This document shows positions 61,959 through 64,000 of a stretch of DNA of 64,000 bases, piece by piece. Both the position numbers and the translations under genes were made by a program. Origin of the DNA: Caecitellus pseudoparvulus (Eukaryota; Protista; Bigyra: Bicosoecida); assembly GCA_965644315.1 (NCBI GenBank), contig CBFFRQ010000053.1, positions 496,001 through 560,000 of the forward strand, given 5' to 3'. How positions within the stretch are numbered: the first letter of the stretch is position 1; every line of letters begins with the position of its first letter. The notes beneath the pieces were generated by a model. It made no database searches and had not been told where the DNA came from. It saw nothing but the letters and a program-made list of their open reading frames with translations.

Positions 61959-63998
61959 TCACTTTGCCTGGGCCGGGCTGCGCGTGGCCTTCTCCAGGCG
62001 GGCCTCGTACCAATCCCGCAGGGTGACGAGGTCCCCCACACACACCCCAACCTGCACGAACCCCCGCCCCTGCAGAGGGCCCACGCCCTGCCGCAGCCCG
62101 AACAGCGGCACCGGCACGCCACCCCCCGCACCTTGCGAGTCCCGAGCCGAGGGGGGGTGGGGGGGGGTGTACGAGGGGGGTGTCCCCTCCCGCCACACCC
62201 CCCTCGCCGCCGCCACCCGAGCTGCAAACACCGCCGCCCCCTCCACATCGACAGGCGGCGCGGGCAGGAAGGGCAGGACGCGCGTGGTGGGCGCCAGCAC
62301 CCCCAGCGGCGACCCCCACTCCTCCATGCCTGCCAGCGCCTCCAGCACACTGTTCAGGCTGTGCGAGCGCAGCAACACATCCCCCGCTGCCGCCAGCTGT
62401 GCCCGACACATGCGGCCCAGAGCGTCCCCCACGGCGCACAGGACGCCCGAGGCGGCGGCAGTGGCGCGCAGCGTGCACTGCAGGCGCCGTGACAGGTGGG
62501 GGTCCGCCCGGTGCAGGAGGAGGGGGGTGGAGGGGGGGTATGGCAGGGCCTGAGCTTTGGCGGTGAGGGCAGCTCCCCGCGCCACCCCCCTGCCCGCCAC
62601 GACGGCGGCGAAGTGCAGGGCACGGGCCAGGCGGGGCAGCAGCATGACCGCCTCCCACGCCCAGGGGGCCGTGTCCGGTCCGGGGACCAGGGTGGACAGG
62701 GCGGTGTCCCCCCCCCCCATACCGTGCCGGGACAGCGCCCCACCGACCAGCGCCGTGGGAACTTGCGCCGCCTGGCCCAGGGCAGCCAGGGATGGGGCGG
62801 CGAGTGTGAGGGGCACCTCCAGCACCGCCAGGGGGGGGGTGCTGGTGCAGGAGGGGTCCCACGCCTGGGCTTGCTCGGACAACCAGTCCAGTGCCGCCTG
62901 CCCCTCCCCCAGCTGCATGGGGTGCGGCAGCCATGGGCGCAGCCATGCGCCCACCACGCCGCAAAGGGTGGTCAGGGGCGGGCCCTCCTGAATGCATGAC
63001 CTGAAGTCGCGCAGGAGGCCCGTGCAGCTGGCCACGGCAGAGTGCCCCCACGTCAGCAGCAGCTGCAGGCGCAGGGGGGGGTCCAGGGGGGGGTCCACGG
63101 GCTCCTCCGCCACCCCCTCCCCGTCAGCGTACAGCGCCTGCACCACCTCCCGAGGGGGGGGGCGGTAGGATCGCCTGTTGATGGCGGCCGCGTGCTGCAG
63201 GGGCGCGAACGCCGCCGCCAGCCCCGTCGCCACCCGCCCCCACTGCGACACGCCGCCCGGCGGACCCAGCACCTCAGTCACCGTGGGCGTCAGAGCAGCG
63301 GCCAAGGCGGCGTCATGGCCTGCCGTGCCCACAGCCACCACCGCCCCGCCCTGGCACGTCACGGGGCGCCGACTCAGGGCGTGGGCGTGGTCCGCCAGAC
63401 GGCGTGCCAGCGTGGACATCAGGCGCAGCCAGCACAGGTGCAGGAACAAGGCCAGTGGGCAGCCGCCCTGGGCTGCCTCCAGGTCGGGATCCGGCAAGCC
63501 ACGGAGGAGGGTGTCCCAGAGGGGGGGGTGCCCCCCCCCTCCGCTGGGGACGAGGGGGGGTGCGGGCAGCTCCACCGCCACCTTCGCCGCGTCGGCTGCG
63601 GGTCGCAGGGCGGCGCGCACCTTGGTCGCAGCAGTGGTGGACGGCGCCAGGGGGGTCTTGCGGCTCACCCGCGCACTGCGGCGACCCGCCATGCGAGCAG
63701 CAACACTGGGCGCCACGGGGGCAGTGTGGGCAGCGGCAGCGCGGAGGGGGGGTCGGTCGCACCGGCGGAGGGGGATGTCCAGGAGTGCCGCCGCCGCCTC
63801 GGGCAAATGCTGGGCAAGTGCCGTGAGCACGTGCATCGCCGCCGCCCGGCACACGGTGAGGAGGGCTGCCACTGCCTGGGAGGGGGGGGTGGCCGTGTCC
63901 CAGGGAGGGGGGGTCAGAGCCAGGTGCAGCAGGGTGGTGAGGAGGGGGGTGAGGTCCCCCCCTTCCCCCCCCTCATCCCCCCCAGGCAACGCCTCTAC
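61959..63998 (-). CDS. Hypothetical helical protein, 5'-truncated by window end
   Basis: The frame is open from the window edge to TGA at 61959; no family recognised. Confidence 0.55.
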   Translation of the reverse strand, partial: VEALPGGDEGGEGGDLTPLLTTLLHLALTPPPWDTATPPSQAVAALLTVCRAAAMHVLTALAQHLPEAAAALLDIPLRRCDRPPLRAAAAHTAPVAPSVAARMAGRRSARVSRKTPLAPSTTAATKVRAALRPAADAAKVAVELPAPPLVPSGGGGHPPLWDTLLRGLPDPDLEAAQGGCPLALFLHLCWLRLMSTLARRLADHAHALSRRPVTCQGGAVVAVGTAGHDAALAAALTPTVTEVLGPPGGVSQWGRVATGLAAAFAPLQHAAAINRRSYRPPPREVVQALYADGEGVAEEPVDPPLDPPLRLQLLLTWGHSAVASCTGLLRDFRSCIQEGPPLTTLCGVVGAWLRPWLPHPMQLGEGQAALDWLSEQAQAWDPSCTSTPPLAVLEVPLTLAAPSLAALGQAAQVPTALVGGALSRHGMGGGDTALSTLVPGPDTAPWAWEAVMLLPRLARALHFAAVVAGRGVARGAALTAKAQALPYPPSTPLLLHRADPHLSRRLQCTLRATAAASGVLCAVGDALGRMCRAQLAAAGDVLLRSHSLNSVLEALAGMEEWGSPLGVLAPTTRVLPFLPAPPVDVEGAAVFAARVAAARGVWREGTPPSYTPPHPPSARDSQGAGGGVPVPLFGLRQGVGPLQGRGFVQVGVCVGDLVTLRDWYEARLEKATRSPAQAK

Positions 63999-64000
63999 CA

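Noticed and set aside
1-64000. CRISPR arrays, rRNA, tRNA, prokaryotic operons
   Set aside because: No regularly spaced repeats or recognisable RNA genes were seen; spliceosomal introns and the gene set show a eukaryotic nucleus.

Overview
This is gene-dense, GC-rich eukaryotic nuclear DNA with short (about 60-110 nt) GT-AG introns clustered near gene 5' ends. It comes from a protist with motile flagella (DNAAF5 present); a stramenopile-like origin is plausible but cannot be shown from sequence alone. The window opens inside an intronless ORF of more than 5,000 codons (alpha/beta-hydrolase-like domain, coiled coils, internal repeats, IQ motifs). A complete, apparently intact 5,010-bp PIF/Harbinger DNA transposon (15056-20065) has inserted into the 3' end of that ORF. 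It has 17-bp TIRs, a CAG target-site duplication, a DDE transposase and a convergent, spliced 715-aa partner ORF of unrecognised family. Its ends are unusual. The left TIR supplies an in-frame stop at exactly the position of the reconstructed empty-site stop. One TIR mismatch puts GT at the left end and AG (with a CTAAC branch point) at the right end, so the element could be spliced out as a 5-kb intron. Both subterminal regions are rich in hairpins. The rest of the window holds housekeeping genes: TDP2-like, MPP-alpha, a PH-domain protein, RPN7, a CDPK7-like EF-hand/PH kinase, DNAAF5, TMEM199, DPH4, MCMBP, a TSC1-like gene with a frameshift, p24, an NTF2-like gene, RPP30 and hypotheticals. 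A palindromic AATGCATT motif recurs at gene 3' ends, including between convergent stop codons only 9-10 nt apart, and is a candidate bidirectional 3'-end signal. All family calls are by-eye motif recognition; no searches were run.
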